Below are positions 1 through 9,843 of a stretch of 64,000 bases of DNA, one piece after another. Source of the stretch: a virus; the IMG/VR virus record IMGVR_UViG_3300044993_000765, positions 11,954 to 75,953 of that record, one strand, 5' to 3'. The translations under genes were made by a program, and so were the position numbers. The first letter of the stretch is position 1; every line of letters begins with the position of its first letter. The notes under the pieces are model-generated. The model worked only from the letters and a program-made list of their open reading frames with translations. It did not search any database and had not been told where the DNA came from.

Positions 1-3000
1 GGAAGTCCGGCGCCGCCGGGTCGATCAGCCGATAGTCCAGTCCTGCCTTGTTGGCCTGCCCGGTCAGGGAGAGCGCATTGACCCGGCCCTTGGTCTGCCG
101 GGTCAACTCGCGGATGCGGGCGAAGCGGCCCAGGATCGACTCCGGGTTGAGGTCGATCTTGGGAGTCAGGGCCGCTTCCACGATGCCCATCTGGGCGTCC
201 TCGCGCGTCGGATAGACCGCCAGGGCGCGCGGGTAGGCTTCGCCGGGCACCTCGATCTTGACCCGGAAGCGGCCGTCTTCGGCCTCCTCGATCGTCGCCG
301 TTTCGCCGCGCCCAGGATTGAAACCGAACACCACGCCGCCGCCCTCACTGCGCGCCAGATGCGGGACACCCATGAACTCGGCCACCTGTGGCGAGCGTTC
401 GGCCACCACGATCTGCGGGCGGCCACCCAGCAGGTTCGGAACCGGGAAGCGCCCGCCCTTGGCCGCTTCCTGGGCCTTGAGGTCGTCCAGCGTCACCACG
501 TCCGCGAACGCGCGGTAGTCGGCCATCAGTGACGGCAGGTTCTGGAACTTCGCAAAGCGGGTCGAAGCACGGAAGCCGGCGCCGGAGGGCGCGACCTCGT
601 ACACGTTCTCGATGCTGCCGTACTGCCGCGCCCAGGCATCGAAGACGTGCAAGTCCTTGCGCTTGAGCGTCGGGTATTGCATGTACCGCTGGAGGTTGAA
701 CATTTCGACCAGCGAATTGCTGACCGGCGTACCCGTGGCTGTCACCAGCGGCGCCTTGTCGCCCAGCGTCCCGAACAGCCACTGCGTCTTGACGAACAGA
801 TCGAACGCGCGATCGGAGCCGTTCGGATTGCCCATGCCGGGCACGCGCGACATCGCCGTGGTGTAAAACAGGTTCTTGAATTCATGAAGTTCATCGACGA
901 ACAGGGCATCGACGCCCAACTCGTCGAAGGTCAGCACGCCGTCGCGTTGGCCGATGTTCGCCAGCTTCTGCTTGACCTTGGCCTCCAAGCGTGCGCGGAT
1001 GCCCTCCATGTCGCGCACGATGCCGCGGTCGCCGCGCTCGCGCTTCATCTGTTCGATGAGGCTGGCGATCTCGTCGATCTGTTCGGTCAGGATGCGGGTC
1101 TCGGTCTCGGCCGGCAGCCCGATCTTCTTCAGCGAGGAATGGCCGACGATGATCGCGTCCCAATCGCCGGTCACGATGCGGGAAAACAGCTTCTTGCGGT
1201 TCTCCCGCGTGAAATCGTCCGGTTCCGCCGCCAGCACCACGGCCCCCGGATACAGCCGGGCGAATTCGGTGCGCCACTGCACGGTCAGATGATTGGGCAC
1301 GGCGAACAGCGGCTTGCGCGCGACACCGAGCCGTCGCATTTCCATCGCGATCGCGACCATCTGGAAGGTCTTGCCGGCACCGACGACATGATCGAGCAGC
1401 AGTTGACGCGATTGCAGGCCACGCCACACCCCGTTCTGCTGGTGCGCGAGCAGGGTCAGGCCGGGACTCATGCCCGGCAGGGTCAGATGACTGCCGTCGT
1501 AGCGCCGCTCGACGGTGCGGTTCATCTTGTCGTTGTAGAGCGCAAGCAGGCGCTCGGCCCGCTCGGGGTCGCGCCAAACCCAGGCCCGCCATTCGGCCCG
1601 CAGCGCGTTCTGTTTCTCGCGGGCGCGTTCGGTTTCGGCTTCCAGCACAATGCGTTCGATCTTGCCGTCGCCATGTTTGATCGTCTTGGTCACGACCACC
1701 GCGCGCCCGGCGAGGGTCGCCTGGAAAATCTCGGTCGCGCCCATCTCCTTCGTGCCCCAGGTCGAGGCATTCAGTACCCGATCCGGTTCGCCGACGACGT
1801 TCACCAGCCACAGGCCCGACCCGCGCACATAGGTCATGCGCGCGTTCGCGCCCGTCACCTCCCGATGGAAAGCTTGCAGATCCTCTGCCGGCAGGAACGG
1901 AGCGCCGAGCGCGATGGTGATCTCGCTGGGCGTCTTGTCGCGCGGAATGACCTTGGACAACGCCCCGACGTTGCGGGCGAAGCGCGGATCGCGCCGGGCC
2001 GCGTCCTTGGCTTCGACGAGCTTGGTTTTCACATCGCCCGACAGGTAGTCGTCGGCCGTGACCAGATTGCCGTCCGGCGTTTCGTACACCAGCGGGCCGA
2101 GTTCCTTGACGAGCGCGGTACTGTCCTTGCCGTAGACCTCGGTCATGTAGTCCAGGTCCAGACGGCCACGGTAGTTCAGGCTGGCGAGGTAGGCGTCGCG
2201 CGCACTGTGGACGGTCACGAAATCCGACGGCGGGAACAGCACGCGACGACGGAAGATATCGGCTTTCGTCGCCTTCGGGGCGCGCGGCTCGATGCCCTCG
2301 CGCTTGGCGACGGTCTCGCTCACGCCGGCGTCGTAGTCGAACTCCAGTGCCAGAAGCAGGCTGGCGTCCGGGTCGTCGAAGAACAGGCTACGGTTGGTCC
2401 GCGATGCGCTGAGGTGGCCGTATCGCTTGAGGAAGGCGTCATAGCGATCGTTGAGCAGACGACGGTTGGCCTCGATCTGCGCCTCGCTCGCGTCCGCGGC
2501 GCGTTCCAGGCGCATCTGCTGGCGCAGCACGTCGCGAATCTCGATCATGCCGCGCATGCGCGCCTCGGCGGTCGCACCGGGCGCCGTCCACGGCGCCGCT
2601 TGCGGCTCGCCCATCCGGTCCTCGCCCCGGATCATGATCCGCCCCTCGGCGTCGATGAAGTAGGCGCCGACCTTCACCCCCTCGGGCACCGCACTGGCGG
2701 TCATCGCCTCGGTGCGGTCGATCGGGCTGTAGATGCCCTCCGGCAACGTCCGCGCCCATGCCGTCAGTTGCGCGGCCAGATCGCCGGAAGGGGCGACGGT
2801 GTAGTCGTTGGCCCGGTACATGGTGCCGCCGGCCGTCTGCGTGCCGAGGATATGATCCGGGTGATCGACGTACCAGGGGTTGATGCGGAAGGAGAACGTC
2901 TCGCCCGTGGTCGGGTGTTCTAGCGTCTGTTCGACGGTCTGCACCCAGCGCAGGCGCGCGGCCCGCGTGTCGTCGCTCGGCGGGTCGGTGTCCGGGGCGC

Positions 3001-6000
3001 GCTTCTGGAGCACGATGATATCGGTCACGACCTCGGTGCCGGCGTTCTCGGCGAACGCGGTGTCGGGCAGGCGCGCGGCGGCGATCAGATCCGCCCGCTC
3101 CGCGATCCACTGCCGCACGCGACTGTCTTTGGCGTCCAGAAACTGACGCGACACCACCATCATCAGCACGCCGCCCGGCCGTAGCTTGTCGATCGACTTG
3201 GCGAAGAAGTAGTTGTGGATGCTGAAGCCCGAATACGGGCTGCGCTCAGAATCGACGATGGGTTCGCTACCGAAGGGCGGATTGCCGATCGCCACGTCGA
3301 AAAATTCGCTCGGGACCGCCACGTCCTGAAACCCGCTCTGGCGAATGTGCGCTTTCGGATAGAGCGCGGCGGCGATTTGCTGGGTCAGCGGATCGAGTTC
3401 GACGCCGTAGAGCGTGGAAGCGTTCCGCAGCTTCGCCGGCATCCCGCCGAAGAAATGGCCAATGCCGACCGCCGGTTCCAGAATGCGCCCGCGGGTGACG
3501 CCCAGACGCACCAGTGCGGAGTACATGCCGTCGATCACGGGCTTGCTGGTGTAGTGGGCGTTGAGCGTGGACGCGCGCGCCGCGCGCCATTCGGCATCCG
3601 TCAGCAGGCCCTGAAGCTCGGCGCGGACTTTCGCCCATTGGGCATTGGCCGGATCGAAGACGCCCTTCAGCGCACCCCAACCGACGTAGCGCGCGAGTTG
3701 GCGACGCTCTTCCGGCGACGCCGGCCGCTGTTCGGCGGCCATCGCCTTGACGATGCGGATCGCAGCGAGATTGTCCCGCGCCTTGCGCGCGAGCCCGCCT
3801 TTGCCCAGATCGTCGGCCAAGCCCTCGACGGCCTGCTCGGCTGTATCCACTTCCGTCGCGGTGGCGGCGACAACGCCGGCCTCTGGCCCCGCGGCAGGCT
3901 CGGCCTGCGGCGACGCGGTCTCGGCCACAACGGAAGAGGCCGCAGGATCGTCGATCGCTGCGGCCTCTTGGGTCAGGCGCTCTCGCTGCCCGGTTCGGGC
4001 GGAGGGGGATCGTCGTCGTCGGTCGTTGGTGGCTCCAGCGACAACTCCCACACCTGCGCCTTCTCCCAGCTCGACAGATGATTCAGGCTCGTATCGGCCT
4101 TCGCCCGTTCCTCCTCGGCGGTCTGGTTCGCCAGCGCCTCCAGGTAGTATCCCGACCGGATCAGTTTCTGCACCCGCTTGGGCCAACCCAGCATCCAGCG
4201 GTTCGCGACCTCGCGCGCGGTCGGCGACATCGCCAGCAGTTTCGCGCGCACGTCGGCGGGATAAGCGTTCGGTTTGACCAAGTCCTGCATCGGGGGTGTC
4301 CTCCGGGTTCGCGGCGTCTGCCGCCTCGTTCAGCGTCGTGTCGGTACTGGTGGCGGCGGCAGCGTCGACAGTGACAACGCGCCCTCCGTCGACGATGTCG
4401 GGTCCCATGCCTCCTGCACCCGCACCGTCTCCTGCATCAAAGCGGCCAGATACTCTCCCGAGTCGATCAGGGCGCGCGCCCGCATCGGTCTCGTTCGCAT
4501 CCAGTGGTTGGCGATCTGCGTCGCCAAGGGCGACATCGATTCCAGGGCGATCCGTGCCGCGGGCGGATACCGCTCCGGTCTCAACAGGATCGTCACTGCC
4601 CACTGCCTCCCTCGATGCCAGGTCCCTGCCATTGTCGGCCCGACGCCCCGCGTCCGTCGACAGGCTCGGCGCGATCTGGACATCTGCCCACAACTGATTG
4701 GCACTACTGGACAGGGTGATGATGCCGTCCGCGATGACATAGCGCGCCCCGTAGGCTCCGCCGGTGTTGACCGCTCCGGCCTGCTCGAACGCCCGACGAG
4801 CCGCGGCCATCGCCGAGTGGACTTCGGTGACATGGGCGAACGCCGCCGGAAACGGGACCCGCCCGGACTGACCTGAACGCACCTGCGCAACCAGCCCGTC
4901 CACGAAATCCGCCAGGATCGCAGCATTGCCTGTGGGTTGCCTTGCGCTTTCCGTCGCCGCATCTTCCACAGTCTGTGCCGAGGCGGTCGACTCGATGACA
5001 GGTGCAGCGATCTTCGTCCAGCGATCGGACCAGGGCACCTCCCGGCGTTGCTCGATCCGGCCATCGTGGCTCACCGTGATCGTCTGTCCATCGTCTAGGC
5101 GCACCCAGGGGAATCCGGACTTGGCGAACAGCGTGCCTTGGGCCGTCTGCGGCGCACCAAGCATCAGATTGCGCGATGTCGCCTGCACGCGGTCGCCGAT
5201 GGCGAGTCCCGCCGCCGCCAGGACCGAAAGCCGCCGACTCCGGTTGCCCTCGTTCATCTGGTCGGCCAGTCGTTGCAGGACCGGCAGTAGGCGACCGTAC
5301 TCCGCGGTCGCCCGATATGCCTGTTTGCCACCGAACGCGCGTGCACGCTGCGCGACCCACTGATTCGCCTCGGCGTAGCTCCCGAACCTCGGAAACGTCT
5401 CGACCGGCGCACGCGCCTCCGCCTCGCGCTGGGCTCGCCGCTCCGCCTCCCGGGATTGTTCGGTCGCGCGGTCGGTACCGGCCCAACGATAAATCGCGTC
5501 CTCAGATGCCGAACGTCCACGCGGCAGAGTGATACCCGTCGTCGCAGCGAAAAGTGCACGACTCGCCGGATTCATCTTGGCATCGCCCAGATTGCGTTTA
5601 AGCAAACCGCGCGCATCACGGCGCTCGATCAGATCGATCAGTTCGTCTGCGGCCTTCTCGTAGAAGCCGCTCTCCTCATCGGTGACGTTCGGTCGCTTCC
5701 GGCGCATCGTCTCCACGAACATCCTGCGCAGCGCCGGACGATCCAATCCAACGGAGTTTTCGAGTGGCGGCGCGTCGTTCTCGGATGCCACCGCCTGATC
5801 GACAGACACCGACACGGTTTCCCGTTCAGGCGGAAGATTTACAGGTGCACTCTGCGCATCGGTCAGCATACGGCGGTGCAGGTTGCCCCCTGGGATCGGC
5901 TGTCCTCTCGCATCGAACAGCGGCAAATAGTTGCGTTCGCCCTCCCAATCGGAACGACGCACACGTACCTTGGTATTGCCACGCTTTTCCCGAAAGCCCA

Positions 6001-7684
6001 TCAACGCTTCGCCTTCAGGCGTAGTGACGTTGAGAACGACCCCTTTCGGCGTGGCTCCGGTCGATTCCACTGCTATCGATTGGGGTGCTGGCGGTCGATA
6101 GACTGATGCCTGCGCTCCGATTCGCGACGACAGCACCGCTTCATTCGGCGCCGCCGCGGGATGACGGGCGCGCGCCGCGTTCACGTCTGGCGTAAGCCCC
6201 AAGGAATCGCGCTCAAGCGCAAGGGCTGTCGCATCCCGATCGAACGCTCCGCGCTGCGCGGCGGGGATCGCAATACCCTCGGGCGTGACCATCGTCACCG
6301 GCTCCGGAAGCGCCAGCAACCGCCGATAAGTCGCCGGTGACTGTCCCGTATTGGGAGTCGATGATGCTTGTCCGACCTGGCGGTCGCTGGCGAGGGTCTC
6401 CATCGCCTGCAGGAACGCGGCATCACCCTGCGGCTGCGGCCGCTCGCGGAGGGCACCGATACCCCCGAATACGCCGCCGCCCAAACCACCGGCTGCCGCG
6501 CTGTCGAAGTACGCCGTGAGTGCATCCGCATCAGTCAAGGACTGTTGGCCGGCGAACCGCGTCGCGCCTTCCTGTACCGCTTCGGTCGCACCCTCCCCGA
6601 CCGCATTGCGCGCGAAGCCGGCCGCGACGCGATCCTTCAGTGCTCCGCCGCGCACACCCCGCAATAGCGTATCGGCCAGCAGCGCATCGCCGAACGTCTC
6701 CGCAGCCCCATAGATTGCGCCGCCGGTCAGCACGCGCCCGAGATCCACCTCGGGGCCTCCGGTCTGCTCGGTCGCGAAGGCCGCGTTATAGGACTCGCCC
6801 ATACCGCGCGCGGTCGAGGCCGCCGCCAGAGCCCCCGTCGCACCCAGCGTACGCATCGTCTCTTTCGCCAGTTGATCGCGCATCAGGCCCAATGCCTCGC
6901 GCTTGGCAACCGCCTCGGTCGCACCCATGGCGACCTGCCTGGTGACGTAATCGGCAGCCAAGTTCGCGATCTGCGCCTGGACTTCATCGCGGACCAGTTT
7001 CTTGCCGAAGAAACCGCCGACCGCGCCGCCGATGGTGCCCGGCCCCGGTGCCGCACCGCTGCCGGCGGCGGCACCAGCCACCGAGAACATCAACGACTCC
7101 AGTACGCTCGGCAGCATCTGACCGAGGTTGAACTGCGCCCAATCCGCCAAGTTGCCGAGTGTGCCGGTGATGCCGTCGCCCGTCGCCCAAGCGCGACTCA
7201 AGCTGTCGGTCGGACGCGCATCCTGCGCCTGCCGTTCAAGGAGACCTTGCGCACGCAAGGCCCATTCTCCCGCAGTCTCGTCGGCGCCGAACAGATCCGC
7301 ACCCAGCGCACCCAGGCCGTACAGTGCTGCCTGCGTACCTGGCCAGTAGGTCTGCATGCCGCGCCCGAAATCGCCGGCATCGGTGGGCGGCGGAACATCC
7401 TGCAGGAACTGACGGGTCCACTGTGCCGCATCGCCCCCCTGCTGTTGCGCCAACCAAGGCAAGATCACATTGGCGTAATCGGCGTGAATACGCTGGCGAT
7501 CCTCGGGTGCGGCCATATTCCAGCCCCGTCGAGCCTTGACGGTCTCCCAGCGCAGGTCGGGGATTTCGGCCGGAGCAAGCGATGGCACGGCCGGTGCCGG
7601 CGACGAAGTCACCGGGTCATTCAGGCGTGCGGTCAGCGCAGGATCGACAAAAGCCGATCCGAACGGGTTGTAAGCGTCGGTCAT
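1..7684 (-). CDS. Giant DarB-like protein (N-terminal virion/injection region, N6-adenine methyltransferase, SNF2 helicase); 3' end runs off the window, >2,500 aa
   Basis: ATG at 7684 (MTDAYNPFG...) is in frame with the MTase motifs ILEPAVGIG and IGNPPF and the helicase motifs HVVGAGKT, DELHEFKN and TGTPVSN. The ORF track lists no stop in this frame; the segments I read by hand were open. Confidence 0.85.
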   Translation of the reverse strand, partial: MTDAYNPFGSAFVDPALTARLNDPVTSSPAPAVPSLAPAEIPDLRWETVKARRGWNMAAPEDRQRIHADYANVILPWLAQQQGGDAAQWTRQFLQDVPPPTDAGDFGRGMQTYWPGTQAALYGLGALGADLFGADETAGEWALRAQGLLERQAQDARPTDSLSRAWATGDGITGTLGNLADWAQFNLGQMLPSVLESLMFSVAGAAAGSGAAPGPGTIGGAVGGFFGKKLVRDEVQAQIANLAADYVTRQVAMGATEAVAKREALGLMRDQLAKETMRTLGATGALAAASTARGMGESYNAAFATEQTGGPEVDLGRVLTGGAIYGAAETFGDALLADTLLRGVRGGALKDRVAAGFARNAVGEGATEAVQEGATRFAGQQSLTDADALTAYFDSAAAGGLGGGVFGGIGALRERPQPQGDAAFLQAMETLASDRQVGQASSTPNTGQSPATYRRLLALPEPVTMVTPEGIAIPAAQRGAFDRDATALALERDSLGLTPDVNAARARHPAAAPNEAVLSSRIGAQASVYRPPAPQSIAVESTGATPKGVVLNVTTPEGEALMGFREKRGNTKVRVRRSDWEGERNYLPLFDARGQPIPGGNLHRRMLTDAQSAPVNLPPERETVSVSVDQAVASENDAPPLENSVGLDRPALRRMFVETMRRKRPNVTDEESGFYEKAADELIDLIERRDARGLLKRNLGDAKMNPASRALFAATTGITLPRGRSASEDAIYRWAGTDRATEQSREAERRAQREAEARAPVETFPRFGSYAEANQWVAQRARAFGGKQAYRATAEYGRLLPVLQRLADQMNEGNRSRRLSVLAAAGLAIGDRVQATSRNLMLGAPQTAQGTLFAKSGFPWVRLDDGQTITVSHDGRIEQRREVPWSDRWTKIAAPVIESTASAQTVEDAATESARQPTGNAAILADFVDGLVAQVRSGQSGRVPFPAAFAHVTEVHSAMAAARRAFEQAGAVNTGGAYGARYVIADGIITLSSSANQLWADVQIAPSLSTDAGRRADNGRDLASREAVGSDDPVETGAVSARGTDRPGIDVALGDADRQPLDANETDAGARPDRLGRVSGRFDAGDGAGAGGMGPDIVDGGRVVTVDAAAATSTDTTLNEAADAANPEDTPDAGLGQTERLSRRRARETAGDVADRARGREPLDAGLAQAGAETDPVGILPGGAGEPDRRGGTGEGRYEPESSVELGEGAGVGVVAGATNDRRRRSPSARTGQRERLTQEAAAIDDPAASSVVAETASPQAEPAAGPEAGVVAATATEVDTAEQAVEGLADDLGKGGLARKARDNLAAIRIVKAMAAEQRPASPEERRQLARYVGWGALKGVFDPANAQWAKVRAELQGLLTDAEWRAARASTLNAHYTSKPVIDGMYSALVRLGVTRGRILEPAVGIGHFFGGMPAKLRNASTLYGVELDPLTQQIAAALYPKAHIRQSGFQDVAVPSEFFDVAIGNPPFGSEPIVDSERSPYSGFSIHNYFFAKSIDKLRPGGVLMMVVSRQFLDAKDSRVRQWIAERADLIAAARLPDTAFAENAGTEVVTDIIVLQKRAPDTDPPSDDTRAARLRWVQTVEQTLEHPTTGETFSFRINPWYVDHPDHILGTQTAGGTMYRANDYTVAPSGDLAAQLTAWARTLPEGIYSPIDRTEAMTASAVPEGVKVGAYFIDAEGRIMIRGEDRMGEPQAAPWTAPGATAEARMRGMIEIRDVLRQQMRLERAADASEAQIEANRRLLNDRYDAFLKRYGHLSASRTNRSLFFDDPDASLLLALEFDYDAGVSETVAKREGIEPRAPKATKADIFRRRVLFPPSDFVTVHSARDAYLASLNYRGRLDLDYMTEVYGKDSTALVKELGPLVYETPDGNLVTADDYLSGDVKTKLVEAKDAARRDPRFARNVGALSKVIPRDKTPSEITIALGAPFLPAEDLQAFHREVTGANARMTYVRGSGLWLVNVVGEPDRVLNASTWGTKEMGATEIFQATLAGRAVVVTKTIKHGDGKIERIVLEAETERAREKQNALRAEWRAWVWRDPERAERLLALYNDKMNRTVERRYDGSHLTLPGMSPGLTLLAHQQNGVWRGLQSRQLLLDHVVGAGKTFQMVAIAMEMRRLGVARKPLFAVPNHLTVQWRTEFARLYPGAVVLAAEPDDFTRENRKKLFSRIVTGDWDAIIVGHSSLKKIGLPAETETRILTEQIDEIASLIEQMKRERGDRGIVRDMEGIRARLEAKVKQKLANIGQRDGVLTFDELGVDALFVDELHEFKNLFYTTAMSRVPGMGNPNGSDRAFDLFVKTQWLFGTLGDKAPLVTATGTPVSNSLVEMFNLQRYMQYPTLKRKDLHVFDAWARQYGSIENVYEVAPSGAGFRASTRFAKFQNLPSLMADYRAFADVVTLDDLKAQEAAKGGRFPVPNLLGGRPQIVVAERSPQVAEFMGVPHLARSEGGGVVFGFNPGRGETATIEEAEDGRFRVKIEVPGEAYPRALAVYPTREDAQMGIVEAALTPKIDLNPESILGRFARIRELTRQTKGRVNALSLTGQANKAGLDYRLIDPAAPDF
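3973..4290 (-). CDS. Small protein overprinted in an alternative frame inside the DarB-like gene
   Basis: GGAGG SD about 9 nt before ATG; protein-like composition; paralog of 4330..4596. Confidence 0.65.
   Translation of the reverse strand: MQDLVKPNAYPADVRAKLLAMSPTAREVANRWMLGWPKRVQKLIRSGYYLEALANQTAEEERAKADTSLNHLSSWEKAQVWELSLEPPTTDDDDPPPPEPGSESA
4330..4596 (-). CDS. Second overprinted small protein (GTG start, 88 aa), paralog of 3973..4290
   Basis: GGGAGG SD before GTG at 4596; shared motif YP..R..L..MSP.A...AN.WM...P.R...LI.SG.YL.AL. Confidence 0.55.
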   Translation of the reverse strand: MTILLRPERYPPAARIALESMSPLATQIANHWMRTRPMRARALIDSGEYLAALMQETVRVQEAWDPTSSTEGALSLSTLPPPPVPTRR

Positions 7685-7690
7685 GAGCGA

Positions 7691-8416
7691 TCAGGATTTG
7701 GGGGACGAGCGACGCAGATGCTGCAGATCGAGATCGATCGAGTACGGCGGCTCAGGGGACGGCACGAGCGACGCTGGAGTCGTCGCATCGGTTGGCGTGA
7801 AGAAGGACGGCGGAAAGATCGCCTGGGAGGATTCGGCACCAGGGGGCTGCACTGGCCACATCGGAGGCAAGACCGGCCGGTAATGCGGCTGCGCAGGTGG
7901 CGCACTCAAGGCTGCGGCCAGTGGCGCATAGGGCGGCAAGAAGGTGGGCGTAGCGGACTGGCCCAGCGCCTGTGCGATGAATGCGGGGGAGCGTTTGGGC
8001 TGCGGGTACGGCGACGACGGCAAGCTGGCCCAGGTGCGCCCATCCTTTCGGACAGCGGTGGCGTAATCCCCGCGAAGTACATCATCCAGCGATCCGCTGC
8101 GTCGCATCAATTCCAGCGCACCTAGATCCTGCGAGCGCGGCGAGAAGTCGCTCAAGCCAAGCGTCCCCGCGATATCATTCCAAGTGGAGTGCAGAAACTG
8201 GTACTTGCCCGCTGCCGTTGTCGTGTTGGCTTTACCGTCCGTCTGTCGGAACCTTCTCGCAATGCCGGGATGACGAGACAGATCGGGGATGGCACTGCCT
8301 CCGAAGGCGACGCGATAAGGATCGGCGTATCTGGCTGTCCCTTCGGCTTGCGCGATCAGGTCGAGATAACGACGGACATTCGGATGTTCCAATAGCGCGG
8401 TCAGATCGCGGCTCAT
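7691..8416 (-). CDS. Lambda-R-like (GH104) muramidase/lytic transglycosylase with Pro-rich tail, probably virion-associated
   Basis: LDLIAQAEGT and TTAAGKYQFLHSTW...FSPRSQD motifs; sits among injection genes. Confidence 0.85.
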   Translation of the reverse strand: MSRDLTALLEHPNVRRYLDLIAQAEGTARYADPYRVAFGGSAIPDLSRHPGIARRFRQTDGKANTTTAAGKYQFLHSTWNDIAGTLGLSDFSPRSQDLGALELMRRSGSLDDVLRGDYATAVRKDGRTWASLPSSPYPQPKRSPAFIAQALGQSATPTFLPPYAPLAAALSAPPAQPHYRPVLPPMWPVQPPGAESSQAIFPPSFFTPTDATTPASLVPSPEPPYSIDLDLQHLRRSSPKS

Positions 8417-9834
8417 GGACGATATGTCCGGTAGGCGTTTTCGGCTTCCATCTCTCGCGTTGCGCGCTGGAGCTGATCGGTGCTTCTGCGCAGCAGTCCC
8501 TGTTGATCTTCCAGGCGTTGATCCATCTTCGCCAATTCTTCGAGCATCCGCTGGCGTGCGTCGCGCAGGGTTCTCAGCCGTGCGGCATCAGCCGTGGGGC
8601 CTTCGCGCACCAAATCCAGATCCAGCCGCTTGAGACCGGCGTAGAGCTGGGCGCGTTCGGCGACCATGCGACGCATGTCCTGCAGGGTCTGCGCGGAAAT
8701 CTGTCGAGCCCGGTCCAGCGACTGCGCCGGTGTCGATGGCGATGCAGATGGCTTCGTCGCACCCGGCTCTGGCCTCGGTGCAAGGCCGATGCCGCTGGCT
8801 GCAGCGTAGCCGGCCAAACCTGCAGCCTGCCCCGTCCCCGCTGCCTGTGCGACTGTCGGAGGCAGGCCGCCGGTCTGCGAGGTACTGGAACCGCCCGTGT
8901 CGCCGATGTCCAGGCCATACCGCTGCGCCATCTGTTCGAGCTGCATCCTGCTCTCGGGCGTCGCCATCGGATCGGCGGCGGCCTTGAGCAGTTCCAGACG
9001 CAGTGCGTTGCGTGCCTTGACGTCTTCCCTGGCCAGTTCAGCTTGCTGCTCGAACCGCTTGAGCATCGCCGCCTGCGCCGCCTGCGTCTGCGCTGCACCA
9101 TATGCCTGCAATTGCGTTCCGGGTTGGCCCGTCCGCGACTGCAGCACGACGGCGGCCTCCCGCACGTCCAGAGGCATCGAGGCGCGTCCCTGCACATCGA
9201 TCAACACCACCTTGCCATCCGGCTGCGCCGTGATTCGCCCGAGTCCCAGCCGCGAGAATTCAGCGTCTGCCGTAGCGATCTCGCCGGTCAACAACCGGTC
9301 GATCACCTGTCCGACCTGGGTCGCAGCAGACGGCGCGGCGGCACCGGCCTGGGCCGACAAGGCAGCAGGCGATTGCCGAAGCGTGTCGCGGATGGCGGCG
9401 TCGCGCTGCAGCGGGTCGATCAGACCATAGGTCGCGGCCCCCGCGCGTAGCTGCGCGGCTGGAGATTGCAACCGGTCGTCCAGCAAGGTGCGACGCGCGG
9501 CGGTGTTGTCCGGGGAATAGGCCCACTGCGACTCCTGCAGGGCCAGGCCGTTCTGACTGGCGTTCAGCCGGTAGGCGGCGCGCTGCACGTCCTCCTGATC
9601 GGGCAGCAGCCGGGCCTGCATGTCGGCAAGCCTAGCCTGATAGACGTTGCCCGCCTGCATCCGGTCCAATTCCGACGGATACAACTGAAATACACGGTCA
9701 CGAGCGAAGCCATCCGCGTAGGCGGCATTGTTGGTCGCGGTCTGCTGGGCGATGGCGCGATCCAGCGCCGACTGCCAATTCGAGGCATGCGCGTTCGCGC
9801 GCTCCAGGATCGCGAGCGGGTCGTAGGTTTGCAT
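8413..9834 (-). CDS. Putative internal virion/DNA-injection protein
   Basis: Ala/Gln-rich helical 473-aa ORF, coupled to neighbouring late genes. Confidence 0.55.
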   Translation of the reverse strand: MQTYDPLAILERANAHASNWQSALDRAIAQQTATNNAAYADGFARDRVFQLYPSELDRMQAGNVYQARLADMQARLLPDQEDVQRAAYRLNASQNGLALQESQWAYSPDNTAARRTLLDDRLQSPAAQLRAGAATYGLIDPLQRDAAIRDTLRQSPAALSAQAGAAAPSAATQVGQVIDRLLTGEIATADAEFSRLGLGRITAQPDGKVVLIDVQGRASMPLDVREAAVVLQSRTGQPGTQLQAYGAAQTQAAQAAMLKRFEQQAELAREDVKARNALRLELLKAAADPMATPESRMQLEQMAQRYGLDIGDTGGSSTSQTGGLPPTVAQAAGTGQAAGLAGYAAASGIGLAPRPEPGATKPSASPSTPAQSLDRARQISAQTLQDMRRMVAERAQLYAGLKRLDLDLVREGPTADAARLRTLRDARQRMLEELAKMDQRLEDQQGLLRRSTDQLQRATREMEAENAYRTYRP

Positions 9835-9843
9835 GAGAGCGGC

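Noticed and set aside
647-2923. 758-aa plus-strand ORF, and similar long antisense ORFs (28381..30231, 34840..36573, 42134..44155, 50917..52758, 54127..55323, 62885..63985)
   Set aside because: Antisense shadows of well-supported genes in high-GC DNA; no motifs of their own.
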